This document shows, one piece after another, positions 10,951 to 25,400 of a stretch of DNA of 64,000 bases; the first letter of the stretch is position 1, and each line of letters opens with the position of its first letter. The stretch lies in contig OZ059898.1 in the NCBI GenBank assembly GCA_964057225.1, forward strand, positions 19,220,001-19,284,000. Direction: 5' to 3'. The notes under the pieces were generated by a model. It saw only the letters and a program-made list of their open reading frames with translations. It had not been told where the DNA came from and did not search any database. Both the position numbers and the translations under genes were made by a program. Source of the DNA: Auanema rhodensis. Taxonomy: Eukaryota > Animalia > Nematoda.

Positions 10951-13900
10951 GATTTTTAAGCTGCGTCGATCTGTGTTATCAGATTTGCGCTAGCTTAAAA
11001 ATGCACCGAGATATCAACTGATATAAGTTCACACTTATATCCTCGATTTTCACCCTGAAGAATTAATTTTTTCGTTGAATAACATTGTCCATCGTCTTTG
11101 CCTTGAAAAAAGGAATCTAAAAACATCTACTTTTTGCTAAATTATTTTGAAATTTTTCGAAAAAATTTTTGTCAAAATGTTTTTGGAAGCAATGTTGAGT
11201 GAACATGGAAACTCAACATACACTAATGCATCATTTTTCGAACAATCATAACTAATTTTTGTATTAAGCGTTTCTCAATGTAGTATAGTGCATTTGATGC
11301 GGATTTTTAAGCTGCGTCGATCTGTGTTATCAGATTTGCGCTAGCTTAAAAATGCACCGAGATATCAACTGATATAAGTTCACACTTATATCCTCGATTT
11401 TCACCCTGAAGAATTAATTTTTTCGTTGAATAACATTGTCCATCGTCTTTGCCTTGAAAAAAGGAATCTAAAAACATCTACTTTTTGCTAAATTATTTTG
11501 AAATTTTTCGAAAAAATTTTTGTCAAAATGTTTTTGGAAGCAATGTTGAGTGTACATGGAAACTCAACATACACTAATGCATCATTTTTCAAACGATCAT
11601 AACTAATTTTTGTATTAAGCGTTTCTCAATGTAGTATAGTGCATTCGATGCGGATTTTTAAGCTGCGTCGATCTGTGTTATCAGATTTGCGCTAGCTTAA
11701 AAATGCACCGAGATATCAACTGATATAAGTTCACACTTATATCCTCGATTTTCACCCTGAAGAATTATTTTTTTCGTTGAATAACATTGTCCATCGTCTT
11801 TGCCTTGAAAAAAGGAATCTAAAAACATCTACTTTTTGCTAAATTATTTTGAAATTTTTCGAAAAAATTTTTGTCAAAATGTTTTTGGAAGCAATGTTGA
11901 GTGTACATGGAAACTCAACATACACTAATGCATCATTTTTCAAACGATCATAACTAATTTTTGTATTAAGCGTTTCTCAATGTAGTATAGTGCATTTGAT
12001 GCGGATTTTTAAGCTGCGTCGATCTGTGTTATCAGATTTGCGCTAGCTTAAAAATGCACCGAGATATCAACTGATATAAGTTCACACTTATATCCTCGAT
12101 TTTCACCCTGAAGAATTAATTTTTTCGTTGAATAACATTGTCCATCGTCTTTGCCTTGAAAAAAGGAATCTAAAAACATCTACTTTTTGCTAAATTATTT
12201 TGAAATTTTTCGAAAAAATTTTTGTCAAAATGTTTTTGGAAGCAATGTTGAGTGTACATGGAAACTCAACATACACTAATGCATCATTTTTCAAACGATC
12301 ATAACTAATTTTTGTATTAAGCGTTTTTCAATGTAGTATAGTGCATTCGATGCGGATTTTTAAGCTGCGTCGATCTGTGTTATCAGATTTGCGCTAGCTT
12401 AAAAATGCACCGAGATATCAACTGATATAAGTTCACACTTATATCCTCGATTTTCACCCTGAAGAATTAATTTTTTCGTTGAATAACATTGTCCATCGTC
12501 TTTGCCTTGAAAAAAGGAATCTAAAAACATCTACTTTTTGCTAATATATTTTGAAATTTTTCGAAAAAATTTTTGTCAAAATGTTTTTGGAAGCAATGTT
12601 GAGTGAACATGGAAACTCAACATACACTAATGCATCATTTTTCGAACAATCATAACTAATTTTTGTATTAAGCGTTTCTCAATGTAGTATAGTGCATTTG
12701 ATGCGGATTTTTAAGCTGCGTCGATCTGTGTTATCAGATTTGCGCTAGCTTGAAAATGCACCGAGATATCAACTGATATAAGTTCACACTTATATCCTCG
12801 ATTTTCACCCTGAAGAATTAATTTTTTCGTTGAATAACATTGTCCATCGTCTTTGCCTTGAAAAAAGGAATCTAAAAACATCTACTTTTTGCTAAATTAT
12901 TTTGAAATTTTTCGAAAAAATTTTTGTCAAAATGTTTTTGGAAGCAATGTTGAGTGAACATGGAAACTCAACATACACTAATGCATCATTTTTCGAACAA
13001 TCATAACTAATTTTTGTATTAAGCGTTTCTCAATGTAGTATAGTGCATTTGATGCGGATTTTTAAGCTGCGTCGATCTGTGTTATCAGATTTGCGCTAGC
13101 TTAAAAATGCACCGAGATATCAACTGATATAAGTTCACACTTATATCCTCGATTTTCACCCTGAAGAATTATTTTTTTCGTTGAATAACATTGTCCATCG
13201 TCTTTGCCTTGAAAAAAGGAATCTAAAAACATCTACTTTTTGCTAAATTATTTTGAAATTTTTCGAAAAAATTTTTGTCAAAATGTTTTTGGAAGCAATG
13301 TTGAGTGTACATGGAAACTCAACATACACTAATGCATCATTTTTCAAACGATCATAACTAATTTTTGTATTAAGCGTTTCTCAATGTAGTATAGTGCATT
13401 TGATGCGGATTTTTAAGCTGCGTCGATCTGTGTTATCAGATTTGCGCTAGCTTAAAAATGCACCGAGATATCAACTGATATAAGTTCACACTTATATCCT
13501 CGATTTTCACCCTGAAGAATTAATTTTTTCGTTGAATAACATTGTCCATCGTCTTTGCCTTGAAAAAAGGAATCTAAAAACATCTACTTTTTGCTAAATT
13601 ATTTTGAAATTTTTCGAAAAAATTTTTGTCAAAATGTTTTTGGAAGCAATGTTGAGTGTACATGGAAACTCAACATACACTAATGCATCATTTTTCAAAC
13701 GATCATAACTAATTTTTATATTAAGCGTTTCTCAATGTAGTATAGTGCATTCGATGCGGATTTTTAAGCTGCGTCGATCTGTGTTATCAGATTTGCGCTA
13801 GCTTAAAAATGCACCGAGATATCAACTGATATAAGTTCACACTTATATCCTCGATTTTCACCCTGAAGAATTATTTTTTTCGTTGAATAACATTGTCCAT

Positions 13901-16499
13901 CGTCTTTGCCTTGAAAAAAGGAATCTAAAAACATCTACTTTTTGCTAAATTATTTTGAAATTTTTCGAAAAAATTTTTGTCAAAATGTTTTTGGAAGCAA
14001 TGTTGAGTGAACATGGAAACTCAACATACACTAATGCATCATTTTTGGAACAATCATAACTAATTTTTGTATTAAGCGTTTCTCAATGTAGTATAGTGCA
14101 TTTGATGCGGATTTTTAAGCTGCGTCGATCTGTGTTATCAGATTTGCGCTAGCTTAAAAATGCACCGAGATATCAACTGATATAAGTTCACACTTATATC
14201 CTCGATTTTCACCCTGAAGAATTAATTTTTTCGTTGAATAACATTGTCCATCGTCTTTGCCTTGAAAAAAGGAATCTAAAAACATCTACTTTTTGCTAAA
14301 TTATTTTGAAATTTTTCGAAAAAATTTTTGTCAAAATGTTTTTGGAAGCAATGTTGAGTGAACATGGAAACTCAACATACACTAATGCATCATTTTTCGA
14401 ACAATCATAACTAATTTTTGTATTAAGCGTTTCTCAATGTAGTATAGTGCATTTGATGCGGATTTTTAAGCTGCGTCGATCTGTGTTATCAGATTTGCGC
14501 TAGCTTAAAAATGCACCGAGATATCAACTGATATAAGTTCACACTTATATCCTCGATTTTCACCCTGAAGAATTAATTTTTTCGTTGAATAACATTGTCC
14601 ATCGTCTTTGCCTTGAAAAAAGGAATCTAAAAACATCTACTTTTTGCTAAATTATTTTGAAATTTTTCGAAAAAATTTTTGTCAAAATGTTTTTGGAAGC
14701 AATGTTGAGTGTACATGGAAACTCAACATACACTAATGCATCATTTTTCAAACGATCATAACTAATTTTTGTATTAAGCGTTTCTCAACGTAGTATAGTG
14801 CATTCGATGCGGATTTTTAAGCTGCGTCGATCTGTGTTATCAGATTTGCGCTAGCTTAAAAATGCACCGAGATATCAACTGATATAAGTTCACACTTATA
14901 TCCTCGATTTTCACCCTGAAGAATTATTTTTTTCGTTGAATAACATTGTCCATCGTCTTTGCCTTGAAAAAAGGAATCTAAAAACATCTACTTTTTGCTA
15001 AATTATTTTGAAATTTTTCGAAAAAATTTTTGTCAAAATGTTTTTGGAAGCAATGTTGAGTGAACATGGAAACTCAACATACACTAATGCATCATTTTTG
15101 GAACAATCATAACTAATTTTTGTATTAAGCGTTTCTCAATGTAGTATAGTGCATTTGATGCGGATTTTTAAGCTGCGTCGATCTGTGTTATCAGATTTGC
15201 GCTAGCTTAAAAATGCACCGAGATATCAACTGATATAAGTTCACACTTATATCCTCGATTTTCACCCTGAAGAATTAATTTTTTCGTTGAATAACATTGT
15301 CCATCGTCTTTGCCTTGAAAAAAGGAATCTAAAAACATCTACTTTTTGCTAAATTATTTTGAAATTTTTCGAAAAAATTTTTGTCAAAATGTTTTTGGAA
15401 GCAATGTTGAGTGAACATGGAAACTCAACATACACTAATGCATCATTTTTCGAACAATCATAACTAATTTTTGTATTAAGCGTTTCTCAATGTAGTATAG
15501 TGCATTTGATGCGGATTTTTAAGCTGCGTCGATCTGTGTTATCAGATTTGCGCTAGCTTAAAAATGCACCGAGATATCAACTGATATAAGTTCACACTTA
15601 TATCCTCGATTTTCACCCTGAAGAATTAATTTTTTTGTTGAATAACATTGTCCATCGTCTTTGCCTTGAAAAAAGGAATCTAAAAACATCTACTTTTTGC
15701 TAAATTATTTTGAAATTTTTTGAAAAAATTTTTGTCAAAATGTTTTTGGAAGCAATGTTGAGTGAACATGGAAACTCAACATACACTAATGCATCATTTT
15801 TCGAACAATCATAACTAATTTTTGTATTAAGCGTTTCTCAATGTAGTATAGTGCATTTGATGCGGATTTTTAAGCTGCGTCGATCTGTGTTATCAGATTT
15901 GCGCTAGCTTAAAAATGCACCGAGATATCAACTGATATAAGTTCACACTTATATCCTCGATTTTCACCCTGAAGAATTAATTTTTTCGTTGAATAACATT
16001 GTCCATCGTCTTTGCCTTGAAAAAAGGAATCTAAAAACATCTACTTTTTGCTAAATTATTTTGAAATTTTTCGAAAAAATTTTTGTCAAAATGTTTTTGG
16101 AAGCAATGTTGAGTGTACATGGAAACTCAACATACACTAATGCATCATTTTTCAAACGATCATAACTAATTTTTGTATTAAGCGTTTCTCAATGTAGTAT
16201 AGTGCATTCGATGCGGATTTTTAAGCTGCGTCGATCTGTGTTATCAGATTTGCGCTAGCTTAAAAATGCACCGAGATATCAACTGATATAAGTTCACACT
16301 TATATCCTCGATTTTCACCCTGAAGAATTAATTTTTTCGTTGAATAACATTGTCCATCGTCTTTGCCTTAAAAAAAGGAATCTAAAAACATCTACTTTTT
16401 GCTAAATTATTTTGAAATTTTTCGAAAAAATTTTTGTCAAAATGTTTTTGGAAGCAATGTTGAGTGTACATGGAAACTCAACATACACTAATGCATCAT

Positions 16500-18600
16500 T
16501 TTTCAAACGATCATAACAAATTTTTGTATTAAGCGTTTCTCAATGTAGTATAGTGCATTCGATGCGGATTTTTAAGCTGCGTCGATCTGTGTTATCAGAT
16601 TTGCGCTAGCTTAAAAATGCACCGAGATATCAACTGATATAAGTTCACACTTATATCCTCGATTTTCACCCTGAAGAATTATTTTTTTCGTTGAATAACA
16701 TTGTCCATCGTCTTTGCCTTAAAAAAAGGAATCTAAAAACATCTACTTTTTGCTAAATTATTTTGAAATTTTTCGAAAAAATTTTTGTCAAAATGTTTTT
16801 GGAAGCAATGTTGAGTGAACATGGAAACTCAACATACACTAATGCATCATTTTTCGAACAATCATAACTAATTTTTGTATTAAGCGTTTCTCAATGTAGT
16901 ATAGTGCATTTGATGCGGATTTTTAAGCTGCGTCGATCTGTGTTATCAGATTTGCGCTAGCTTAAAAATGCACCGAGATATCAACTGATATAAGTTCACA
17001 CTTATATCCTCGATTTCCACCCTGAAGAATTAATTTTTTCGTTGAATAACATTGTCCATCGTCTTTGCCTTGAAAAAAGGAATCTAAAAACATCTACTTT
17101 TTGCTAAATTATTTTGAAATTTTTCGAAAAAATTTTTGTCAAAATGTTTTTGGAAGCAATGTTGAGTGTACATGGAAACTCAACATACACTAATGCATCA
17201 TTTTTCGAACAATCATAACTAATTTTTGTATTAAGCGTTTCTCAATGTAGTATAGTGCATTTGATGCGGATTTTTAAGCTGCGTCGATCTGTGTTATCAG
17301 ATTTGCGCTAGCTTAAAAATGCACCGAGATATCAACTGATATAAGTTCACACTTATATCCTCGATTTTCACCCTGAAGAATTAATTTTTTTGTTGAATAA
17401 CATTGTCCATCGTCTTTGCCTTGAAAAAAGGAATCTAAAAACATCTACTTTTTGCTAAATTATTTTGAAATTTTTCGAAAAAATTTTTGTCAAAATGTTT
17501 TTGGAAGCAATGTTGAGTGTACATGGAAACTCAACATACACTAATGCATCATTTTTCAAACGATCATAACAAATTTTTGTATTAAGCGTTTCTCAATGTA
17601 GTATAGTGCATTCGATGCGGATTTTTAAGCTGCGTCGATCTGTGTTATCAGATTTGCGCTAGCTTAAAAATGCACCGAGATATCAACTGATATAAGTTCA
17701 CACTTATATCCTCGATTTTCACCCTGAAGAATTATTTTTTTCGTTGAATAACATTGTCCATCGTCTTTGCCTTAAAAAAAGGAATCTAAAAACATCTACT
17801 TTTTGCTAAATTATTTTGAAATTTTTCGAAAAAATTTTTGTCAAAATGTTTTTGGAAGCAATGTTGAGTGAACATGGAAACTCAACATACACTAATGCAT
17901 CATTTTTCGAACAATCATAACTAATTTTTGTATTAAGCGTTTCTCAATGTAGTATAGTGCATTTGATGCGGATTTTTAAGCTGCGTCGATCTGTGTTATC
18001 AGATTTGCGCTAGCTTAAAAATGCACCGAGATATCAACTGATATAAGTTCACACTTATATCCTCGATTTCCACCCTGAAGAATTAATTTTTTCGTTGAAT
18101 AACATTGTCCATCGTCTTTGCCTTGAAAAAAGGAATCTAAAAACATCTACTTTTTGCTAAATTATTTTGAAATTTTTCGAAAAAATTTTTGTCAAAATGT
18201 TTTTGGAAGCAATGTTGAGTGTACATGGAAACTCAACATACACTAATGCATCATTTTTCGAACAATCATAACTAATTTTTGTATTAAGCGTTTCTCAATG
18301 TAGTATAGTGCATTTGATGCGGATTTTTAAGCTGCGTCGATCTGTGTTATCAGATTTGCGCTAGCTTAAAAATGCACCGAGATATCAACTGATATAAGTT
18401 CACACTTATATCCTCGATTTTCACCCTGAAGAATTAATTTTTTTGTTGAATAACATTGTCCATCGTCTTTGCCTTGAAAAAAGGAATCTAAAAACATCTA
18501 CTTTTTGCTAAATTATTTTGAAATTTTTCGAAAAAATTTTTGTCAAAATGTTTTTGGAAGCAATGTTGAGTGAACATGGAAACTCAACATACACTAATGC
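16500..18600 (+). repeat. Tandem 3-monomer duplication
   Basis: Variants are paired 1053 bp apart: 16518/17571, 16721/17774, 17017/18070, and recombinant monomers at 17169/18222. Confidence 0.9.
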
Positions 18601-21600
18601 ATCATTTTTCGAACAATCATAACTAATTTTTGTATTAAGCGTTTCTCAATGTAGTATAGTGCATTTGATGCGGATTTTTAAGCTGCGTCGATCTGTGTTA
18701 TCAGATTTGCGCTAGCTTAAAAATGCACCGAGATATCAACTGATATAAGTTCACACTTATATCCTCGATTTTCACCCTGAAGAATTAATTTTTTCGTTGA
18801 ATAACATTGTCCATCGTCTTTGCCTTGGAAAAAGGAATCTAAAAACATCTACTTTTTGCTAAATTATTTTGAAATTTTTCGAAAAAATTTTTGTCAAAAT
18901 GTTTTTGGAAGCAATGTTGAGTGTACATGGAAACTCAACATACACTAATGCATCATTTTTCAAACGATCATAACTAATTTTTGTATTAAGCGTTTCTCAA
19001 TGTAGTATAGTGCATTCGATGCGGATTTTTAAGCTGCGTCGATCTGTGTTATCAGATTTGCGCTAGCTTAAAAATGCACCGAGATATCAACTGATATAAG
19101 TTCACACTTATATCCTCGATTTTCACCCTGAAGAATTAATTTTTTCGTTGAATAACATTGTCCATCGTCTTTGCCTTGAAAAAAGGAATCTAAAAACATC
19201 TACTTTTTGCTAAATTATTTTGAAATTTTTCGAAAAAATTTTTGTCAAAATGTTTTTGGAAGCAATGTTGAGTGTACATGGAAACTCAACATACACTAAT
19301 GCATCATTTTTCAAACGATCATAACAAATTTTTGTATTAAGCGTTTCTCAATGTAGTATAGTGCATTTGATGCGGATTTTTAAGCTGCGTCGATCTGTGT
19401 TATCAGATTTGCGCTAGCTTAAAAATGCACCGAGATATCAACTGATATAAGTTCACACTTATATCCTCGATTTTCACCCTGAAGAATTAATTTTTTCGTT
19501 GAATAACATTGTCCATCGTCTTTGCTTCGAAAAAAAAAATCTAAAAACATCTACTTTTTGCTAAATTATTTTGAAATTTTTCGAAAAAATTTTTGTCAAA
19601 ATGTTTTTGGAAGCAATGTTGAGTGAACATGGAAACTCAACATACACTAATGCATCATTTTTCGAACAATCATAACTAATTTTTGTATTGAGCGTTTCTC
19701 AATGTAGTATAGTGCATTTGATGCGGATTTTTAAGCTGCGTCGATCTGTGTTATCAGATTTGCGCTAGCTTAAAAATGCACCGAGATATCAACTGATATA
19801 AGTTCACACTTATATCCTCGATTTTCACCCTGAAGAATTAATTTTTTCGTTGAATAACATTGTCCATCGTCTTTGCCTTGAAAAAAGGAATCTAAAAACA
19901 TCTACTTTTTGCTAAATTATTTTGAAATTTTTCGAAAAAATTTTTGTCAAAATGTTTTTGGAAGCAATGTTGAGTGTACATGGAAACTCAACATACACTA
20001 ATGCATCATTTTTCAAACGATCATAACTAATTTTTGTATTAAGCGTTTCTCAATGTAGTATAGTGCATTCGATGCGGATTTTTAAGCTGCGTCGATCTGT
20101 GTTATCAGATTTGCGCTAGCTTAAAAATGCACCGAGATATCAACTGATATAAGTTCACACTTATATCCTCGATTTTCACCCTGAAGAATTATTTTTTTCG
20201 TTGAATAACATTGTCCATCGTCTTTGCCTTGAAAAAAGGAATCTAAAAACATCTACTTTTTGCTAAATTATTTTGAAATTTTTCGAAAAAATTTTTGTCA
20301 AAATGTTTTTGGAAGCAATGTTGAGTGTACATGGAAACTCAACATACACTAATGCATCATTTTTCAAACGATCATAACTAATTTTTGTATTAAGCGTTTC
20401 TCAATGTAGTATAGTGCATTCGATGCGGATTTTTAAGCTGCGTCGATCTGTGTTATCAGATTTGCGCTAGCTTAAAAATGCACCGAGATATCAACTGATA
20501 TAAGTTCACACTTATATCCTCGATTTTCACCCTGAAGAATTAATTTTTTCGTTGAATAACATTGTCCATCGTCTTTGCCTTGAAAAAAGGAATCTAAAAA
20601 CATCTACTTTTTGCTAAATTATTTTGAAATTTTTCGAAAAAATTTTTGTCAAAATGTTTTTGGAAGCAATGTTGAGTGAACATGGAAACTCAACATACAC
20701 TAATGCATCATTTTTCGAACAATCATAACTAATTTTTGTATTAAGCGTTTCTCAATGTAGTATAGTGCATTCGATGCGGATTTTTAAGCTGCGTCGATCT
20801 GTGTTATCAGATTTGCGCTAGCTTAAAAATGCACCGAGATATCATCTGATATAAGTTCACACTTATATCCTCGATTTTCACCCTGAAGAATTAATTTTTT
20901 CGTTGAATAACATTGTCCATCGTCTTTGCCTTGAAAAAAGGAATCTAAAAACATCTACTTTTTGCTAAATTATTTTGAAATTTTTCGAAAAAATTTTTGT
21001 CAAAATGTTTTTGGAAGCAATGTTGAGTGTACATGGAAACTCAACATACACTAACGCATCATTTTTCAAACGATCATAACTAATTTTTGTATTAAGCGTT
21101 TCTCAATGTAGTATAGTGCATTCGATGCGGATTTTTAAGCTGCGTCGATCTGTGTTATCAGATTTGCGCTAGCTTAAAAATGCACCGAGATATCATCTGA
21201 TATAAGTTCACACTTATATCCTAGATTTTCACCCTGAAGAAATAATTTTTTCGTTGAATAACATTGTCCATCGTCTTTGCCTTGAAAAAAGGAATCTAAA
21301 AACATCTACTTTTTGCTAAATTATTTTGAAGTTTTTCGAAAAAATTTTTGTCAAAATGTTTTTGGAAGCAATGTTGAGTGTACATGGAAACTCAACATAC
21401 ACTAACGCATCATTTTTCAAACGATCATAACTAATTTTTGTATTAAGCGTTTCTCAATGTAGTATAGTGCATTCGATGCGGATTTTTAAGCTGCGTCGAT
21501 CTGTGTTATCAGATTTGCGCTAGCTTAAAAATGCACCGAGATATCAACTGATATAAGTTCACACTTATATCCTCGATTTTCACCCTGAAGAATTAATTTT

Positions 21601-22499
21601 TTCGTTGAATAACATTGTCCATCGTCTTTGCCTTGAAAAAAGGAATCTAAAAACATCTACTTTTTGCTAAATTATTTTGAAATTTTTCGAAAAAATTTTT
21701 GTCAAAATGTTTTTGGAAGCAATGTTGAGTGAACATGGAAACTCAACATACACTAATGCATCATTTTTCGAACAATCATAACTAATTTTTGTATTAAGCG
21801 TTTCTCAATGTAGTATAGTGCATTCGATGCGGATTTTTAAGCTGCGTCGATCTGTGTTATCAGATTTGCGCTAGCTTAAAAATGCACCGAGATATCAACT
21901 GATATAAGTTCACACTTATATCCTCGATTTTCACCCTGAAGAATTAATTTTTTCGTTGAATAACATTGTCCATCGTCTTTGCCTTGAAAAAAGGAATCTA
22001 AAAACATCTACTTTTTGCTAAATTATTTTGAAATTTTTCGAAAAAATTTTTGTCAAAATGTTTTTGGAAGCAATGTTGAGTGTACATGGAAACTCAACAT
22101 ACACTAACGCATCATTTTTCAAACGATCATAACTAATTTTTGTATTAAGCGTTTCTCAATGTAGTATAGTGCATTCGATGCGGATTTTTAAGCTGCGTCG
22201 ATCTGTGTTATCAGATTTGCGCTAGCTTAAAAATGCACCGAGATATCAACTGATATAAGTTCACACTTATATCCTCGATTTTCACCCTGAAGAATTAATT
22301 TTTTCGTTGAATAACATTGTCCATCGTCTTTGCCTTGAAAAAAGGAATCTAAAAACATCTACTTTTTGCTAAATTATTTTGAAATTTTTCGAAAAAATTT
22401 TTGTCAAAATGTTTTTGGAAGCAATGTTGAGTGAACATGGAAACTCAACATACACTAATGCATCATTTTTCGAACAATCATAACTAATTTTTGTATTAA

Positions 22500-25400
22500 G
22501 CGTTTCTCAATGTAGTATAGTGCATTTGATGCGGATTTTTAAGCTGCGTCGATCTGTGTTATCAGATTTGCGCTAGCTTAAAAATGCACCGAGATATCAA
22601 CTGATATAAGTTCACACTTATATCCTCGATTTTCACCCTGAAGAATTAATTTTTTCGTTGAATAACATTGTCCATCGTCTTTGCCTTGAAAAAAGGAATC
22701 TAAAAACATCTACTTTTTGCTAAATTATTTTGAAATTTTTCGAAAAAATTTTTGTCAAAATGTTTTTGGAAGCAATGTTGAGTGAACATGGAAACTCAAC
22801 ATACACTAATGCATCATTTTTCGAACAATCATAACTAATTTTTGTATTAAGCGTTTCTCAATGTAGTATAGTGCATTTGATGCGGATTTTTAAGCTGCGT
22901 CGATCTGTGTTATCAGATTTGCGCTAGCTTAAAAATGCACCGAGATATCAACTGATATAAGTTCACACTTATATCCTCGATTTTCACCCTGAAGAATTAA
23001 TTTTTTCGTTGAATAACATTGTCCATCGTCTTTGCCTTGAAAAAAGGAATCTAAAAACATCTACTTTTTGCTAAATTATTTTGAAATTTTTCGAAAAAAT
23101 TTTTGTCAAAATGTTTTTGGAAGCAATGTTGAGTGAACATGGAAACTCAACATACACTAATGCATCATTTTTCGAACAATCATAACTAATTTTTGTATTA
23201 AGCGTTTCTCAATGTAGTATAGTGCATTTGATGCATATTTTTAAGCTGCGTCGATCTGTGTTATCAGATTTGCGCTAGCTTAAAAATGCACCGAGATATC
23301 AACTGATATAAGTTCACACTTATATCCTCGATTTTCACCCTGAAGAATTAATTTTTTCGTTGAATAACATTGTCCATCGTCTTTGCCTTGAAAAAAGGAA
23401 TCTAAAAACATCTACTTTTTGCTAAATTATTTTGAAATTTTTCGAAAAAATTTTTGTCAAAATGTTTTTGGAAGCAATGTTGAGTGAACATGGAAACTCA
23501 ACATACACTAATGCATCATTTTTCGAACAATCATAACTAATTTTTGTATTAAGCGTTTCTCAATGTAGTATAGTGCATTTGATGCGGATTTTTAAGCTGC
23601 GTCGATCTGTGTTATCAGATTTGCGCTAGCTTAAAAATGCACCGAGATATCAACTGATATAAGTTCACACTTATATCCTCGATTTTCACCCTGAAGAATT
23701 AATTTTTTCGTTGAATAACATTGTCCATCGTCTTTGCCTTGAAAAAAGGAATCTAAAAACATCTACTTTTTGCTAAATTATTTTGAAATTTTTTGAAAAA
23801 ATTTTTGTCAAAATGTTTTTGGAAGCAATGTTGAGTGAACATGGAAACTCAACATACACTAATGCATCATTTTTCGAACAATCATAACTAATTTTTGTAT
23901 TAAGCGTTTCTCAATGTAGTATAGTGCATTTGATGCGGATTTGTAAGCTGCGTCGATCTGTGTTATCAGATTTGCGCTAGCTTAAAAATGCACCGAGATA
24001 TCAACTGATATAAGTTCACACTTATATCCTCGATTTTCACCCTGAAGAATTAATTTTTTCGTTGAATAACATTGTCCATCGTCTTTGCCTTGAAAAAAGG
24101 AATCTAAAAACATCTACTTTTTGCTAAATTATTTTGAAATTTTTCGAAAAAATTTTTGTCAAAATGTTTTTGGAAGCAATGTTGAGTGTACATGGAAACT
24201 CAACATACACTAATGCATCATTTTTCAAACGATCATAACTAATTTTTGTATTAAGCGTTTCTCAATGTAGTATAGTGCATTCGATGCGGATTTTTAAGCT
24301 GCGTCGATCTGTGTTATCAGATTTGCGCTAGCTTAAAAATGCACCGAGATATCAACTGATATAAGTTCACACTTATATCCTCGATTTTCACCCTGAAGAA
24401 TTATTTTTTTCGTTGAATAACATTGTCCATCGTCTTTGCCTTGAAAGAAGGAATCTAAAAACATCTACTTTTTGCTAAATTATTTTGAAATTTTTCGAAA
24501 AAATTTTTGTCAAAATGTTTTTGGAAGCAATGTTGAGTGTACATGGAAACTCAACATACACTAATGCATCATTTTTCAAACGATCATAACTAATTTTTGT
24601 ATTAAGCGTTTCTCAATGTAGTATAGTGCATTCGATGCGGATTTTTAAGCTGCGTCGATCTGTGTTATCAGATTTGCGCTAGCTTAAAAATGCACCGAGA
24701 TATCAACTGATATAAGTTCACACTTATATCCTCGATTTTCACCCTGAAGAATTATTTTTTTCGTTGAATAACATTGTCCATCGTCTTTGCCTTGAAAAAA
24801 GGAATCTAAAAACATCTACTTTTTGCTAAATTATTTTGAAATTTTTCGAAAAAATTTTTGTCAAAATGTTTTTGGAAGCAATGTTGAGTGTACATGGAAA
24901 CTCAACATACACTAATGCATCATTTTTCAAACGATCATAACTAATTTTTGTATTAAGCATTTCTCAATGTAGTATAGTGCATTCGATGCGGATTTTTAAG
25001 CTGCGTCGATCTGTGTTATCAGATTTGCGCTAACTTAAAAATGCACCGAGATATCAACTGATATAAGTTCACACTTATATCCTCGATTTTCACCCTGAAG
25101 AATTATTTTTTTCGTTGAATAACATTGTCCATCGTCTTTGCCTTGAAAAAAGGAATCTAAAAACATCTACTTTTTGCTAAATTATTCTGAAATTTTTCGA
25201 AAAAATTTTTGTCAAAATGTTTTTGGAAGCAATGTTTAGTGTACATGGAAACTCAACATACACTAATGCATCATTTTTCAAACGATCATAACTAATTTTT
25301 GTATTAAGCGTTTCTCAATGTAGTATAGTGCATTTGATGCGGATTTTTAAGCTGCGTCGATCTGTGTTATCAGATTTGCGCTAGCTTAAAAATGCACCGA

